Of a DNA stretch of 64,000 bases, positions 1-13,908 are shown piece after piece. The notes beneath the pieces were generated by a model. The model had not been told where the DNA came from. It searched no databases and saw only the letters and a list, made by a program, of their open reading frames with translations. Numbering within the stretch: the first letter of the stretch is position 1; each line of letters begins with the position of its first letter. The position numbers and the translations under genes are program-made. Source of the DNA: Fimbriosthenelais zetlandica. Its lineage: Eukaryota. The DNA lies in contig OZ365111.1 of assembly GCA_977030845.1 (NCBI GenBank), positions 19,592,001-19,656,000 on the forward strand, written 5' to 3'.

Positions 1-619
1 CAGATTGGGACAGGATGAATTAACGGAATTAACACAGACTGGATCGCTGATTTCAACCTAATTATTCAGAATTTTTCACCTTAATTTGGTTCCAATCCAT
101 ACAGTTTCAAGCGACTGTCATTTTTTTCCATCCTAGTTTCATTTCACTTCCGTAGAGAATTAAGTGGGTCTTAGGGTAATTTGGTGTTAATTGCCTGCAG
201 ATTTGTTTAGCTATATAGATCCTGTTGAAGGCAATGTGTGGAGTCAAGTTTGACTCACTAGGAAGCCTTAACTGGCACTAGATATATGTACGGTACTCAA
301 CTCTTAGCCAGATCCTAGATTTGGTCTGAAGCCAGCAACTCTCTACCTATCTTCCACTCGTTTTGTTTGACTCACAGACACAGAGGATCATGAAAATCCA
401 ATAAATTCTTTTATGCCACTGTTTATTTGCTGAATTGAAATAAACATAACCTATTTATGCTCATCTACAGACCAGCATATTTGACCAGGGGGAAGTAAAT
501 ATAATGTATTTCTGACCTGCATTTACTTAAAGCTATCTTTATCATCTATATCCAGAACACAGTGGGAATCTTTGTTTCAAATTGTTAACTACATGTAATT
601 ATGAGATAGCAAAGGATGA

Positions 620-880
620 AATGGTGATTACCTATTGAGAAAAAATTACAGCTGTATTTAGGGGACATTCATTCAATAAGCTCATATAACTGTCGGTATA
701 ATGTTTACAATGATTTTGTTGTTGTATCAAGGATGAACAAGCCATTAGACCCACAGTGAAGATAGTTTTACTTGGATTAGATCTCTGACTCTTAGTGCAT
801 ATATCAGGAGCCAAACCTGCCCATTCTGTGAGGCCGTAAGCCAAAGCTGGCCTTCAGCTCAGACTGAAGGAAGGTCATAG
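620..880 (-). mobile_element. Possible decayed LINE (RT C-terminal region) fragment in WDR20 intron
   Basis: Minus-strand translation contains RPALAYGLTEWAGL, resembling the RPxLEYxxxVW motif downstream of CR1/L2-type RT domains; flanked by stops. Weak, motif-level only. Confidence 0.25.
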
Positions 881-1717
881 TGCTAGTTATAATAGTCAAA
901 AGCTAGCAGCTACTGAATTGATTTTGGAAGGGAAGTGAGCGTTCAATTTTTATCTTAAATTGGGATATGACGTGCTTAATTCCCCTCCCCCCCCCCCCGG
1001 ACACCCTCCGCCAGCTAAAATATCAAGTGACACTTCCTTCAGACAAAAATCTACATCACGATACGTTCAGTCCATTTATTAAGATAACTGAAAAAATTAC
1101 TTTTAAAATAATGAGGGCGGTCCTTTTTTGCAGCTACAAAATTTTAAAGGAAGACGACATGATGACAGGAACATAGATTAGTACAAATTATATACAAACC
1201 CTATATTCGCCTTATAGGGTGTGGGGGAGTTGAGGGAGGGGGTACTTATCGAGAGGAATCAGTTGGCGGGCTGACAGCCCCGTGACTTGGCATCTATCTT
1301 ATTATGGCCCTCCTTAGTTCCCCATCTTCCTCTGTAAATGGAAAGTAAATCTTTTTATCACCTTCACTCTACAAGAGATTATCTATCTTGGCGATGATGT
1401 CGGAGGATGCTAGACTTTGCTATCTTTTCTCCTGAGTTCGTTCAGCTCTGAATCATATCAGACCTGCATATCCCCAAAATACTTGCACTTTTAGCATTAC
1501 TTAGAATATTGGTCAGATTTGTATAGGACAAAGGGGTTAATTCGACTGATTTTGAATTGAAAGATCCCAATTATTCTCTTAGTTCAGTCTAACAATTAAT
1601 TTTACATTATTGTAAGATCGAATTTTTCATGTACGGTATTGTAAAATATCGAAGATACAATCCTAGGCATATTAGCATTGCATGGTTTAAATTTTCCATT
1701 TCTTTCGCTCCTTTCAG

Positions 1718-3001
1718 AGATTGATAGACAAAACAAAGGTGACTTGCATCAAATGGATCCCCAAGTCCCCCAACCAGTTCCTGGTATCCCATGCCAGCGG
1801 TCAGATGTATGTATATAACGAGGAACTCTCATGTGGTGCCACACCCCCAAACTACCAACTCTTCAAGCAGGGCGAGTCCTTCTCGGTTCACACCTGCAAG
1901 ACCAAGTCGACACGGAATCCCCTCTACCGATGGGTGGTGGGCGAGGGCGGGGTGAACGAGTTTGCCTTCTCTCCCTGCTCTCGCTACTTAGCAATCGTCA
2001 GCCAGGATGGCTTCCTTCGAGTATTTGATTACAACTCAATGGAACTAGTTGGCTCTATGAAGAGCTATTTCGGCGGTCTGCTATGTGTGTGTTGGTCCCC
2101 TGATGGGAAGTACATTGTAGTCGGGGGTGAGGACGATTTGGTCACAGTGTGGAGTTTTCACGAAAAGCGCGTTGTCTGTCGAGGTGTGGGACACAAAAGT
2201 TGGATCAACGTGGTCGCTTTTGACCCGTACACCACGACCATTTGTGATAATGAGAGTACAGACTTTAGTGGTAGTGATGACGATTCTAGTAGTCATGCTG
2301 GGTCGCGAAGCAATCACAATCTCCTACAAGACACCCTTCGTGGATCCACCCGATCCAACAGTTCAAAGACTTCAGGTAAAAACTCAGTGGGCGGGGATAG
2401 CAACAAACCCATAGTGTCCTATAGGTTCGGCTCTGTGGGCCAAGACACTGTGTTGTGCTTATGGGATTTAACGGAGGACATATTAAGGCAGCCCGTGGGC
2501 CGTAATAGGACTAGCACGGTGATATCCCAAAATACTAGTAGTGGCCTAACACCAAAAACCAATAGTGTGCCCAATTCTCAACAGAACTCTGTCAGTAAAG
2601 ACAGCTCGGCTGTGGACGGCACCTTACCCCACCCCCCGACCACCTCCGTCTCAACGAGTCTGACTCAGAAATTTGCCACTTTTTCACTGGTGGAGCGCAA
2701 GAAGGACCACGAGAAGAAGGACCACAAACGCAACTCCAGCCTAGCCAGCCGGAGTAGTGAAAAAATGCCCATGCTGAAACAGAACCATGTAAAACCGGTA
2801 GACGATTCTTTGCGGATTTTAGGTACCAACTCGTGTCCACGACTGGAGGATGTGCCACGACTGGAACCACTGGTGTGTAAAAAGATCGCTCACGAGCGGC
2901 TCACTGTGCTCATGTTCAGGGAGGAGTGTATTGTGACGGCTTGTCAGGAAGGCTACGTGTGCACATGGGCACGACCGGGCAAAGTGGTGAGCTCCCAATG
3001 A
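1718..3001 (+). CDS. WDR20: WD repeat protein WDR20/DMWD, large 3' coding exon (upstream exons lie outside the window)
   Basis: Acceptor ctttcag|AGA TTG ATA GAC at 1718. Translation RLIDKTKVTCIKW...KSYFGGLLCVCWSPDGKYIVVGGEDDLVTVWS...KKIAHERLTVLMFREECIVTACQEGYVCTWARPGKV matches WDR20/DMWD as recalled. Stop TGA at 2999-3001 on read-through; internal donor GTG|GTGAGC at 2986/2987. Confidence 0.95.
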   Translation, partial: RLIDKTKVTCIKWIPKSPNQFLVSHASGQMYVYNEELSCGATPPNYQLFKQGESFSVHTCKTKSTRNPLYRWVVGEGGVNEFAFSPCSRYLAIVSQDGFLRVFDYNSMELVGSMKSYFGGLLCVCWSPDGKYIVVGGEDDLVTVWSFHEKRVVCRGVGHKSWINVVAFDPYTTTICDNESTDFSGSDDDSSSHAGSRSNHNLLQDTLRGSTRSNSSKTSGKNSVGGDSNKPIVSYRFGSVGQDTVLCLWDLTEDILRQPVGRNRTSTVISQNTSSGLTPKTNSVPNSQQNSVSKDSSAVDGTLPHPPTTSVSTSLTQKFATFSLVERKKDHEKKDHKRNSSLASRSSEKMPMLKQNHVKPVDDSLRILGTNSCPRLEDVPRLEPLVCKKIAHERLTVLMFREECIVTACQEGYVCTWARPGKVVSSQ

Positions 3002-3065
3002 AATAATTAATCCTCAAAAAATATTATTATTAGTAATAATTATTATAAGATTGAGCCATCGACTG

Positions 3066-3142
3066 TGTTATGTGTATATATGTATGTACGTATGTATGTA
3101 TGTCTGTTGTGGCAGTCGTGATATATTATATATATATAATAT
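3066..3142. repeat. (ATGT)n/(TA)n microsatellite just downstream of the WDR20 read-through stop
   Basis: tatgtgtatatatgtatgtacgtatgtatgtatg ... atatattatatatatataat read directly. Confidence 0.7.
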
Positions 3143-3412
3143 TAATGGACAGTCATGTATTTCCTCCTATATTCAAGTTTAGTACATTCTCTCATTCAGT
3201 TTTGTACCATAGATGTATTATAAAATGCTGTACAATTGTATGGTATGGTGCACAGTGACCCGATTTTAGCATTTCTTACTTCTTATTATTTACCTCTCAG
3301 ACAAAATGTGCTCGTGAATGAATGGATGCCTTGAGTTGTGCTTATCTTGATCGATTATTAGGTGTCTGCCCAACTTCTAAAAATAATCTCATGTCATTGA
3401 CTGGCCTGGCTT

Positions 3413-3651
3413 AAGGGCCATCTCCGCAATCCCGATTTTGAGCCCGATTTTGTTCTGAGAACGGACGATGTGGCCCCTTCAAGATTTATTTTTATTGGTA
3501 ATCTGGTGATCGTATAATTAAGTAATCGGGTCGGCTATTTAGAGTTAATTACAAATTAGATCAACTTTTTCTAGCCAGTTATTTATCAGGCCACTCCCAA
3601 GGATTGTGCTTAAATCGGAGATAAAATTTCGGGACTGTAAAGATGGCCCTT
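3413..3651. mobile_element. About 240-bp MITE-like element with terminal inverted repeats
   Basis: Left AAGGGCCATCTCCGCAATCCCGATTTT versus reverse complement of right end AAGGGCCATCTTTACAGTCCCGAAATTTT; no ORF; clean TSD not evident. Confidence 0.6.
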
Positions 3652-6600
3652 GGTTTCTCGTTTGTCTGAAGGTTAGCCAAGGATTAAGTTGTAAGGAAGG
3701 AATTTTATGGGGTTAACTTAAAGATCTAAGTTATTGTGGTGAGTTACATTACACTCGCCTTATTTCTACATTATCTGTATTGAAAAATTACACAAAATGT
3801 CCATTATTCTAGAGAATTCATAATCAGGAGCAAAAAAACATGCATGCATAAGCAGCTTACAGTAGAAATAAGTAATATATTCTAATGAAAATGAATATCG
3901 GTAGATTATGATAGTAATATATTGATTGGATAATCAACACCCCTCCCTCTCATCGTGTTAAGCTATTTTAGTGGACATCTATAAGACGTATTGACGCCTT
4001 GGAAGCGCTACCACAACTGGCTGGATCAGCTGATCCAGACCAAAACAATGGACATCTATAGTGATTAATTAAGTACCGTTAATTAGGTATTAATTACCTT
4101 GTATTAAGAGAATTAGGAGCTTTGATTCATTCTGTTGTTGTCACTTGAATGAACTTTACTATAGGTATACAAAATCTTGACCTCGCCTATTTTATATTTT
4201 AATGGTGTTTGGTATCTTCTACCGCATGCTCTAATACAGCCTTTTTACAACACTACATATAATCACAGTGATTTTGAACGCCCCTCCCCTCAATCACCCC
4301 TAATAGAATCAATAAATGCCACTATTCTCAGCCCAAGTTTTATGGCTGTGCATCCAGGACACCTAGGAAATCTGTCATAAAAGTAATTAAATATATTATA
4401 AAATGTAATTTTCCGACCAAATGTCAGTATTAAATGTAACATAACTCTTGCATTATAAGCCCCCAAAAAGGTAACAAGTATTAGAATTTTGGTTCTAGAA
4501 AACTGCAAATTTATCCTGAAATTGGTCTCCTCTAACTCTACCAAACTCGACGCTTCAACCCAATTTCGAAATCCAAAATACAATTCCCAAATGAAGATTG
4601 GAGTGAATTTATCTCATTCTAAATCAAGAAAGCATAATCTCTGCCCGAGCTGCAGTGGAGCAGAAATGTTAAATTGAAGAAGGAAGTAATAATATGTAGG
4701 TGTGGTAAGGCTGTATTATGATCATCTCCTCCCATCTTTATACATGCTGCATGTATTGCTTGTTTGATTAACCCTTTAACGTGAGAGGATGCCTTGATGC
4801 CCCACGCCTTCACACACAGACAGACAGGGCCTCCAGGCATTCTTCCTCATTTCTGACATTCCAATATCTCATAATTACCTACAAACATGATCCGTTCTTG
4901 TGCGTGTATATATTATATCTGTAATCGTAGAAGAAATTTTAAGGGATGGATTTTGCCTGAATTCTTGTGTTCATCATTCTTTTTTACCCCTCTGTATGTC
5001 TCTGCTCCTTGGACATCAATGCCACACTGCTCTGTCTTCACTTCTTTGATTGGTTTCTTAGCATCGAGCAAAAATCAATGATATTTGCTCGATGTTCTTA
5101 GCTCGTAATAGCTGGCCTTGTATTAAGCCCTGCTATTAGCAGCTTCCCTGGATAATTTTTCAGTCAAATCCATTATCATACTTCCACAACTAAAGGATGA
5201 AATGGTGATTACCTATTGAGAAAAAATTGTCTTCTAAACGACGGATTACTGGTATCCCTTCCATTCCTTCTTTCCCTCCATTAAATATAATCACCCCACC
5301 CAATATCAATTTCTCGGCTATGGGGTGGATTGGGGTCGTTTGGTCGGGGGTGGGGGTCCATATCGTGTAAAATAAATTGCGGGAAGTCCCCTCAGTTGAT
5401 GTTAAAGTTGTATACATAGTTTATAGAACAAAAAATTATTTCAAAATTATATTACAATTATAATAGGTCCCTTTTTCGTTTTAAGTTTATCAATTTTGAT
5501 ATTGCTATGAATTTTTACTTACACCAATGTAGAAGGCGAGGCAAGAAATATATAGGCCAGTGTGAATATAGCCTAGGAAAAGTATATCCATAGACAAAAG
5601 GTGTTAATTTTTTACCATGTTGCCCCACTTTAGGATGGTCCTATAACTTCCCTTTACTGAAAATAATCATTAGTCCTTTGGTAAGAATCAATTTTGTGGA
5701 AACACGTAGAGAAAGAAATTCCTCAATCCATCAGCAAATGATTCTAATTTGAATATTTCCAATAGTTGACCGCTTCCATCACTTTTTATTATATTATATG
5801 CCCTTCAAAGTCATTTACCTTCATATAACGTCTGCTAACGCCCAGGAGTTTTCCAAAAATAGGTTAGAATCTGAATTATGCCAAGTCATGTGTATGACAG
5901 ATATTTGAATATGTGATACAATTACATGAAGAAAAAAAACCCATTTGAATTGTGAAGATTATTTGCATTTTGTTGTTGTGGTTAACAGAATATTATCTTG
6001 TGTTCTGTTAAAACTCAGTAAATTCTTTATATTTAAAATTTCTCTTCATATGACTGTTTACTAGAGTATGAAATTTTGTCACTGGCAGTAGAGTATGTGA
6101 GGTGCTGAGAGGCCTTCGTTTAGATTTATTAGGGAATTCACATTTCTACGATAAGCATACAAATTGTGATATGATGTTTTACTTGTCTCATCGTCAGTTT
6201 GGAATAGCTCTTTCCAAAACTGGAAAGCTTCTGTTCTTTTTTGTTTGGAACTTGCATCTCTAGATTATATAGAGACTTTGCTCAACAAAAAATAAAGAAT
6301 TTGCATTATATATAACTCATCGCTTCGTTGTTTGTCTTTTGACTGTAGCTTTATTAAATTAATTTAATTATATCCCCATAAATTCTGAAACTGAAGAAAA
6401 AAATAATTTTGGCATTGATAATTAATTTTTGGTGAAATTTGTTTGCTTTTTCTCTCCTGAATCAACGGAAATTAATCGTTAATGAACTTGCTGGAAATTA
6501 AATTGAGAGCTGTGTCGAGCTGTGATTTCAAGTTGGGTGGTTGCTTCAAAAGCTTCATGTTCTTTTTGGCTTACATTTGGGTCTTTTGTAACTGATTAAC

Positions 6601-8117
6601 CTTACCGCCTTTCTTTTTCTATTCTTGCTTTGCTTTCTTCTACAACCATAACCCTACTATTGTCTTAATGTTTTTCCAAGTTTCCAAAGGTGTCATACAT
6701 ACTGTAGTCATGTTGTATTAATGTGTTTACGTGGAAGATGTATTTGGTAGATTTATTTAATTTGAGTTAACGACAATAATTTTTTTAAATTTTATATTTA
6801 GGATCCTATAAGGTTAAGCTTGTGTGCATCGACCGAAAAAATTAATATGAGTGACTGAATTATGTATTCTAATCAGAAGGCACCTGAAAAGGCCCCTTTT
6901 TCCTTTCCAGTTTATTTTAGACATTTCACAGTCACTCGATGAAAACAGTCTATTTGTTGGTCGGTTTCTTTCAGCTTTATTCTTCAAGTTATGTCTAGAA
7001 AAGAGGATATTCGCAGGTGAAAAAAAACACTTTGTGTGCCAAGTTAGAATGGAAATATTAACATGCATTGAAACATGCTTTATACTTTTGTTCATGGATA
7101 ATAAGTCATCTGCACATTATGATCCTATACCCAGTAACATGCCCGTTCTATTCAACACATCATTACTTGCTGTCTATTTCAAATTGATCAGCTTTGTAAT
7201 TAAAAATTCATCAAAAAGATTTCGCAATTGATTTCCATTCACTACCCTTAATCCCCCGTGAATGCGTGTATGCACTACATAATCTGTGGCGTGTTGAGGT
7301 TTAAACTTGAAAATATCTCTCGGTTACTTTAATATCTATAATGTTGAACATATAATAATTATTTATATTGACGACAGTCTCTGTGCATTGCCTACAGTCA
7401 TCGATGACTAAAACACCACTGTGAATTAGGTGGTTGGTCAAGCAATATTAAAGGACAGTTCATTGGGGTGCATGGGATGGGATAGGGGCGATATTTAATC
7501 AGTACACTTATCGATTATGATTTAATTTGTTTTAGGTTACAAACAATTTCACTGACTCAGATATATTTTGACTACTGATTGTCATTATTTGCATACATAT
7601 TTTCCTACCTTACATTTTTAGCATTGACTATCTATCTTTTATGCATGCATCTGAAGCCATATCCCAATGTAGAGTTAGTTGTAACTTTTCCCATTATTGT
7701 TTAGTAACTCCCCTATTGTTTCTTGTCTTTTGCATGAAATGAGTGTGCAAGTTTTTTGTTGCATGTGCATATATAGATGGCTTTGAGTAGGATATAGTCA
7801 AGTATAGTTTAATAGTTTGAAAACCGCTTGGAGTTATAGCGATCTTTTAGTGTGCGGCTTCAGTGGTTCAGTCACACTGAGTCAATTAAAACAAATTCAG
7901 TTTATTAAAGAAAAAAATTTGTGTGTGCATTAAAATAGTTGTTTTCAAATCATTTCGATCAAATTCCAAACTCATTCAGTCATTTTTTTTGCCTTTTTAC
8001 ATGCATGTACGTGGCATCTCTGGCTCCAAAAAGTTTTCATAGCATTGTTTATCAGTGTTTGTAGTAGAGCATGCTAGCACTAATTGCATGGTTGTTGTTA
8101 TTGTCGGTGTTTTGTAG

Positions 8118-8204
8118 GGAGTAAAAGACCAGCAAGGCTACAAAAATGTAGGCAGTCCGCGGTCTACAAGCCACAGCAACTTAAGGTGCAGTACCACTGT
8201 GTAA
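8118..8204 (+). CDS. WDR20: Candidate alternative terminal exon of WDR20 (GVKDQQGYKNVGSPRSTSHSNLRCSTTV*)
   Basis: Acceptor ttttgtag|GGA at 8118 is phase 0, compatible with the donor at 2987; open to TAA 8202-8204; ends in -TTV, like the -TVV ending of spliced vertebrate WDR20/DMWD isoforms (from memory). Confidence 0.5.
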   Translation, partial: GVKDQQGYKNVGSPRSTSHSNLRCSTTV

Positions 8205-11200
8205 TGGATGAAAACATGCTTGTCTGGCAATAAAACTTACAATGGTAACTTAATCATTCTACCATAAAATCTGTAATAATAATTATAACCCTATCCCTGC
8301 CCATATGAACTCTACGTCCCGGTCTAACGTCTGATGAAGCCAGATTATTTCAGAAAAAAGTCAGTGAGAACACCTCCTGAATGTTGGGTTGCTGTCTCTT
8401 TATTGGCTGATGCCTTGATGAAGCATTGCTGACAAGCAGGCCAGAAAATTATGGCCAATGACAATACAGCTGGTCGGATACATATGGCGGGCCATATGTA
8501 AAACTCCAGTCCAAAATTATTTGACTGATTTTAGTTAATTATTCGAGATCTGAATTTGTTTAATAACTTAACTTAATCCATTTTCAATTTAGCTTATGGG
8601 CTTAGAGTTTTCTTCAGTATTTACTTTTTGTTTCATTTCTTAAAATCTTATTTTATTCTTATCATTATTTTCTGCTATTTGTTATATGGTCGATTTTCCT
8701 TTCTATGTTTGTGTTGCTTCATGTGTAATTTCGAGAAAAAAAATCGTAATTTTAAACTCTGGCATGTTGGTATGTTGTATTGCCCGATCTGGTAATTCCT
8801 AAGTTTGCTCAATTAATTCAGTGCCTCGGGAATATTCTTTTAATGATAGTTTAAAATCATTTGTTACTGGGGGGGGGGGGGGGGTCAACGTTTGCTTCAT
8901 TTAATCTATTAATTTTCCACGTTTTTAAAGTCAAATTATTCCCCGATTATACCGTAGGGGAACAATGTTTGGGATTACTATGAAACGCACTCCACTTCAA
9001 TCACTACTGAGACCTCTAGTGTGAAATCTTTGTACTAAGCAGAGCATGCAGAATTCTCGACATAAAGCATACCCACAGTCATTCCGCCTATGGAGAATAC
9101 TGCCTAATTTGTTAGAATTCTATTAACACTTAAAACTACCCCTTCCTAATTGCTTTCAATAATTATTCAATGCATTATAAATGCTTAATTATTTTATTAT
9201 ATGACAATAGTGGACTAGAAGAACAGTGAAGAACATAATATTTAGCTTCGAATTTTCTTGCCATTTCCAATAAAATTTACCGCAATATTCTTTTATTGTA
9301 ATGCCATTAATGTAGTATTTTTCTTTTCAGATAAATATGGAATAACTAGCGTGATGGCATCCGTCCCTTTGCAAGAAATTAGATTGATTGTCACCCACCT
9401 GCTAAGTACTACCCCTTTGAATGCTGTCAACTAAAGACTAACATCTCTCTGATCTCTCAACACTAACCAGGGGCTCAAGCAAGCCTAAATCTGTGGTCAG
9501 GAACATTTTTCCAGAGGACTAAATTTTAAGTTTAGCGATAGGCGAAGAAAAATATTGTAACCCTTCTATGAGAAAATCCACTTGTTAATTCTCAATTTCA
9601 ATTGTGCGAGGATAATAACACCTAATCTGGTGCAAATTTTAGAATGCGAAACATTCCTTCCTTTAGTCAATATTGATTTGCGCGGAAAGAGAACGAAAAA
9701 CATGAAGTATGGAAAACCTTTATGGAGATACAAACCGGTATACCAGTATTCCAGCTAAGATAATTTATCTTGGTTTTACAGAATAACTACAGCACACAAT
9801 TTGGTTACTTTGTTGAGCACCATCATCGCAATTATGCCACCAAATGTCCTTATCGTCACTTATTTGAATCATGTAATCTATTGGATTACTTTGTCATAAC
9901 TGGTATTTGGCCTATAGTCCGCAGACACAAACTGATTGTAGTAAGGTATATATTATATTGATAAAGATAAGCTCAACTTGTGTTATAGTGAGTGACAATT
10001 GTTCATCGGTTAGCAACCACCAAGCCGTTGAAAAAAAATACTTGCTATATCGAATAGAAAAGACGAGCGTTCATCTATTTGGGTAATTTTTTTGGTAATA
10101 TAAAGGAACTCTCTGTAATAGTTTGCTATAATATGTGTACACCTGTGGATGTATATTTTGATAAGTCAACACGGTTCATACTAAACCATAAAATGTCACT
10201 GCTCCTCATTTTGGGAACATTCAGTCGGCATTACTGGTCTTTCCTGGCGGTCAATTTCAATACTAGGGGCCTGAAAATGAAGATTATTTATGTATCACAG
10301 GTTCATATTGTTGTCAGAAATCTGGGCAAATAATTTGTATTCCTTCTATCTTTGTACATTCATCTCCCTTTAGCTTACCTTGCTACTACACCAAACCCAA
10401 AACCTGTATGGAGTGTATGAGTGATAGATGGGGTGGATTTGTAAGCAATTATAATATAATGTTAACTGTTTAACTGCTTGCTAAATCAGTCAATCATTTT
10501 AATGCTTCAAATCGATTAACTTATTGCCATATTGTTAAGTATATATTTAAATGCTTTAGGAAATAAGAACCCGTTTATGTAGGAAGACAATCTTTTCTAT
10601 TAACGTTTTTTGTACCTCAAGACTCTATTGGAGACGCAAATATTCAAAATTTTATTCTTAAATGAGTTTTATAAATATATACAATGGCGATATTAGTGAT
10701 ATGGTTCAGTTTGACTGGCTTTCTTGCTAACTTTGAAGAGGGTACTATGTCTATTATAATAAAGTGCCAGAGTTACTAATATATTCAATGTCAAGTGTCG
10801 TATAGAACCTAAAATCTGCTAGTGCAATACTTTCATGATGATTTAATTTCTTAGAAAAATGGCATGGATTTGTAAATATTATATAGAATTTGCTGTGATA
10901 ACTGTTTGCGTGTGTGATTTCAACAAAACCTTCAGGTATGATATTAAAAACAGGGGATGAATATTTCTCTTCTATTTTATAGGACTTATATAGGTATTTA
11001 CGTCAAAATTCATTTGATCAGTTTTCTTGTGGTATAACGATTTCCCCAAATTATCTTGTTTAACCTTTCTTTCATAGACTACATTGTCTCCCATTAAATT
11101 AAACATTGTCAAGAAGATGTTCGGACTTTATGGAAACGACCTTCATTGTGGCAAAGAATGTTATCTGGTATGTTCCTGTTGGCCCTTGTAAAATCATTTT

Positions 11201-13908
11201 TGAAGTGACTATACCGGTATCTCTTGGCAGGAATTAATTGATTTCTCTTTATAACAATATGAATATCCCCGTTTGTAATATTTTCTCTGGATATTGTGAC
11301 TGGTTTTGTAATAGAACCTGATTGCCAGCTTTTTGCTTTGCCACGATAATCCCAGTAAAAAATATCTTATTTTGTTCGATTTTGGACTTCAGTAGTGTAA
11401 TGAGAGTTAATGTCAATCTACCACATGGTTTGTTGGGGTATGCATGTAGCCATGCATATTACTATACATAATTCTGTTGAGTTTATTTCGCCAAAGTGAG
11501 ATTTTTACGCTACTCAAGAGGAAAGACTCGTCCTATGGTCATTAGATTAGTTACTGCTAATTATTTGTTCATGATGTATTAAGTGTGTCAGGGACATAGC
11601 GACTGTTACTGGGTACACATGATAAAAAAATAAATGCATTAAATTGTCATGTATAGACCTTTAGAATTGTAAATTAATGATAGGTTATCCCTGATTACTA
11701 ATTACAGAACTTGAAAGTTTATTTTTATTATTATTCCTTTGCTGTCATTTCATTCCATGTTTGTAATTAGGCTGAGATGTATGTCGGGTGTGCAACCAAT
11801 ATAATGGGATTCCTAGGATTTATGTTCATTAATGGTTTGTGTCAAAATGTCAGTCGATTTTCTAGGCCATAGCTTCTCTTTCCTTCTAGACTGTCCCAAT
11901 TCATATTAAAATCACTAAATGATATAATTTAAAATGTGATTGTCTACAAAATTTGAGCCCCATTTTTAGTGAAATATAAATAGAGTGAAAAGACGGAATA
12001 TGTTGTCATATACTGCATTACAAATTTATTGACGAGGCACTTCACAATTAGGCAAGTGAAATTTATTCTCAACAACTTGTTGTGAACGAAGGGTTTTCTG
12101 CCAACCTAATAGATTTGAAAACAATGTATCATGTTTATGCTGATGGTAGACAAGGTTCCTCTATATATTATTAATGCATGCATATAAACAAATTAAATGA
12201 TAGTATATAAATCAAGCGCATTTTGATTTTATACATAAAACACTCTAAAGTTTGCTGGGCTTCATAATTTATATACATGTTGCAACGAACCACTACCATC
12301 AAGGTATTGTAATGTATATCTGCCCGTTCTGGCAGATATAGGCCGATCTATCTTTTGTGGGAAAAAGTTGAGCTTTTTCTATTTGTGGTGGGAAGAAAAT
12401 ACTTTTCCAACAATCCCAATAGAGAGACCTCAGTGCGAAAGCCTCAAAATGTGATAATGTCTTTGAACTATAAAAGAATCATGTGGATTTTTGCTATCAA
12501 ACATTTTTCACTGGCAGTATAATACATTATATGAGACAATCCTTTCAGCTTAAGGCGATCGCGATTTTTAAATCAGTGTATGTACAACAAGAGTGGGTTT
12601 ATCATAATAGTGTCGTCCGTCTATTGTACGTAGATTTTGGTCTAACAGCATGTGGAAGTAGCATGCTTACTGTATCACATACCCACCCCTTCCCTACCAC
12701 ACCCCAAAATCATCGATTAATTGGATTCATGACCTTAACCTCTTTATATTCGATGTAAAGCATATTGTATACATATGCATTAATCTATACATATTATTGT
12801 TGGAACCAATTAAGGAACCCCGTTTCAGAATAAATATACGCTGCTTTTGCTCATGCATAGATTTATCATTGGCTATTGCAGCGCATATTTGTGATGAAAC
12901 AGGCCCCAGGACAGGATTGTTCTCTTTGGTTCTAAGGTTATTTCAGAAGTCCGCTCGAACAATTATATTTTCAGAAGCAAATCAAAAGCATATTTCCACC
13001 CAAATATGCCTCAAATTGCCTAATCGTGTAATTCTCCCATGATTAAATTTAAGACAAGCTTGTTGTATGAAAGATTAAGAAAGAATGAATATATGAAATT
13101 ATGTGTTATTTGTTAGCAAAGTTAAATATCATATCAATTTCGAAGGGGTTGAATCCTGAAGGTTAATTGTACAATTCTTGAAAGTAATAATACAGAATGG
13201 AGTTTTAAACGCCTCATGTAGGCCGATCTGGTGTCCTTAGATAAGTATGATCATCAGTCAATTATAATGGCGAGATCTTTGCGACAAAGGTGCATATTGT
13301 AGGGAAAAACACTATAGGGACGACATTGTATGCAGCTAAATTAATGTTTGCCAGAAACAAAACTGGCTGATGGATGTGTAATGGCGAATGTAAAGCGCCT
13401 AATGTTGCTAGGTGACAGGTCTCATCCCTGTCTCTCTTATAAAAATACAACCATGATCATGCAGCCTCATGTTTAATGTATGTCTAATTATGATGTATGA
13501 TTGATATAGTTATACTAGACGAGGCTGTTATCAGATTATATAATGTTGATTATGACGGTGGATTCGATTCTCCAGAGGTTTTCTGCTGCAAATCTCTTCA
13601 TGGACAGTTAGAGATATGAAAGTAAATTTTGAAACAATCTCTGTAACGAGCGTTCCTTTTCTCATTGCATGTTCATTCACCATGAAAAAGATCCAAATAT
13701 ATAATCCCAGGTAGAGCTGGCTGGGTGGCGCCCATGAGACCTTCAATAGCTTTGAACTCCTGCTGCTGCTAGTGCACCTGCTGCTGCTCCATCTGCGGCT
13801 GCTGCCGCTTATGCCATATATAGGCTAATATAGGCTACCATTTTTCCAGAAATAAAGAATATTTATCAAAATCTAAAACTATGGAGCAGGAAAGTTAAAA
13901 TTGATTAA

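Noticed and set aside
8331-8370. CTGATGA hammerhead-ribozyme-like core
   Set aside because: No pairable stem II closing onto a GAAA and no cleavage-site helix could be built.
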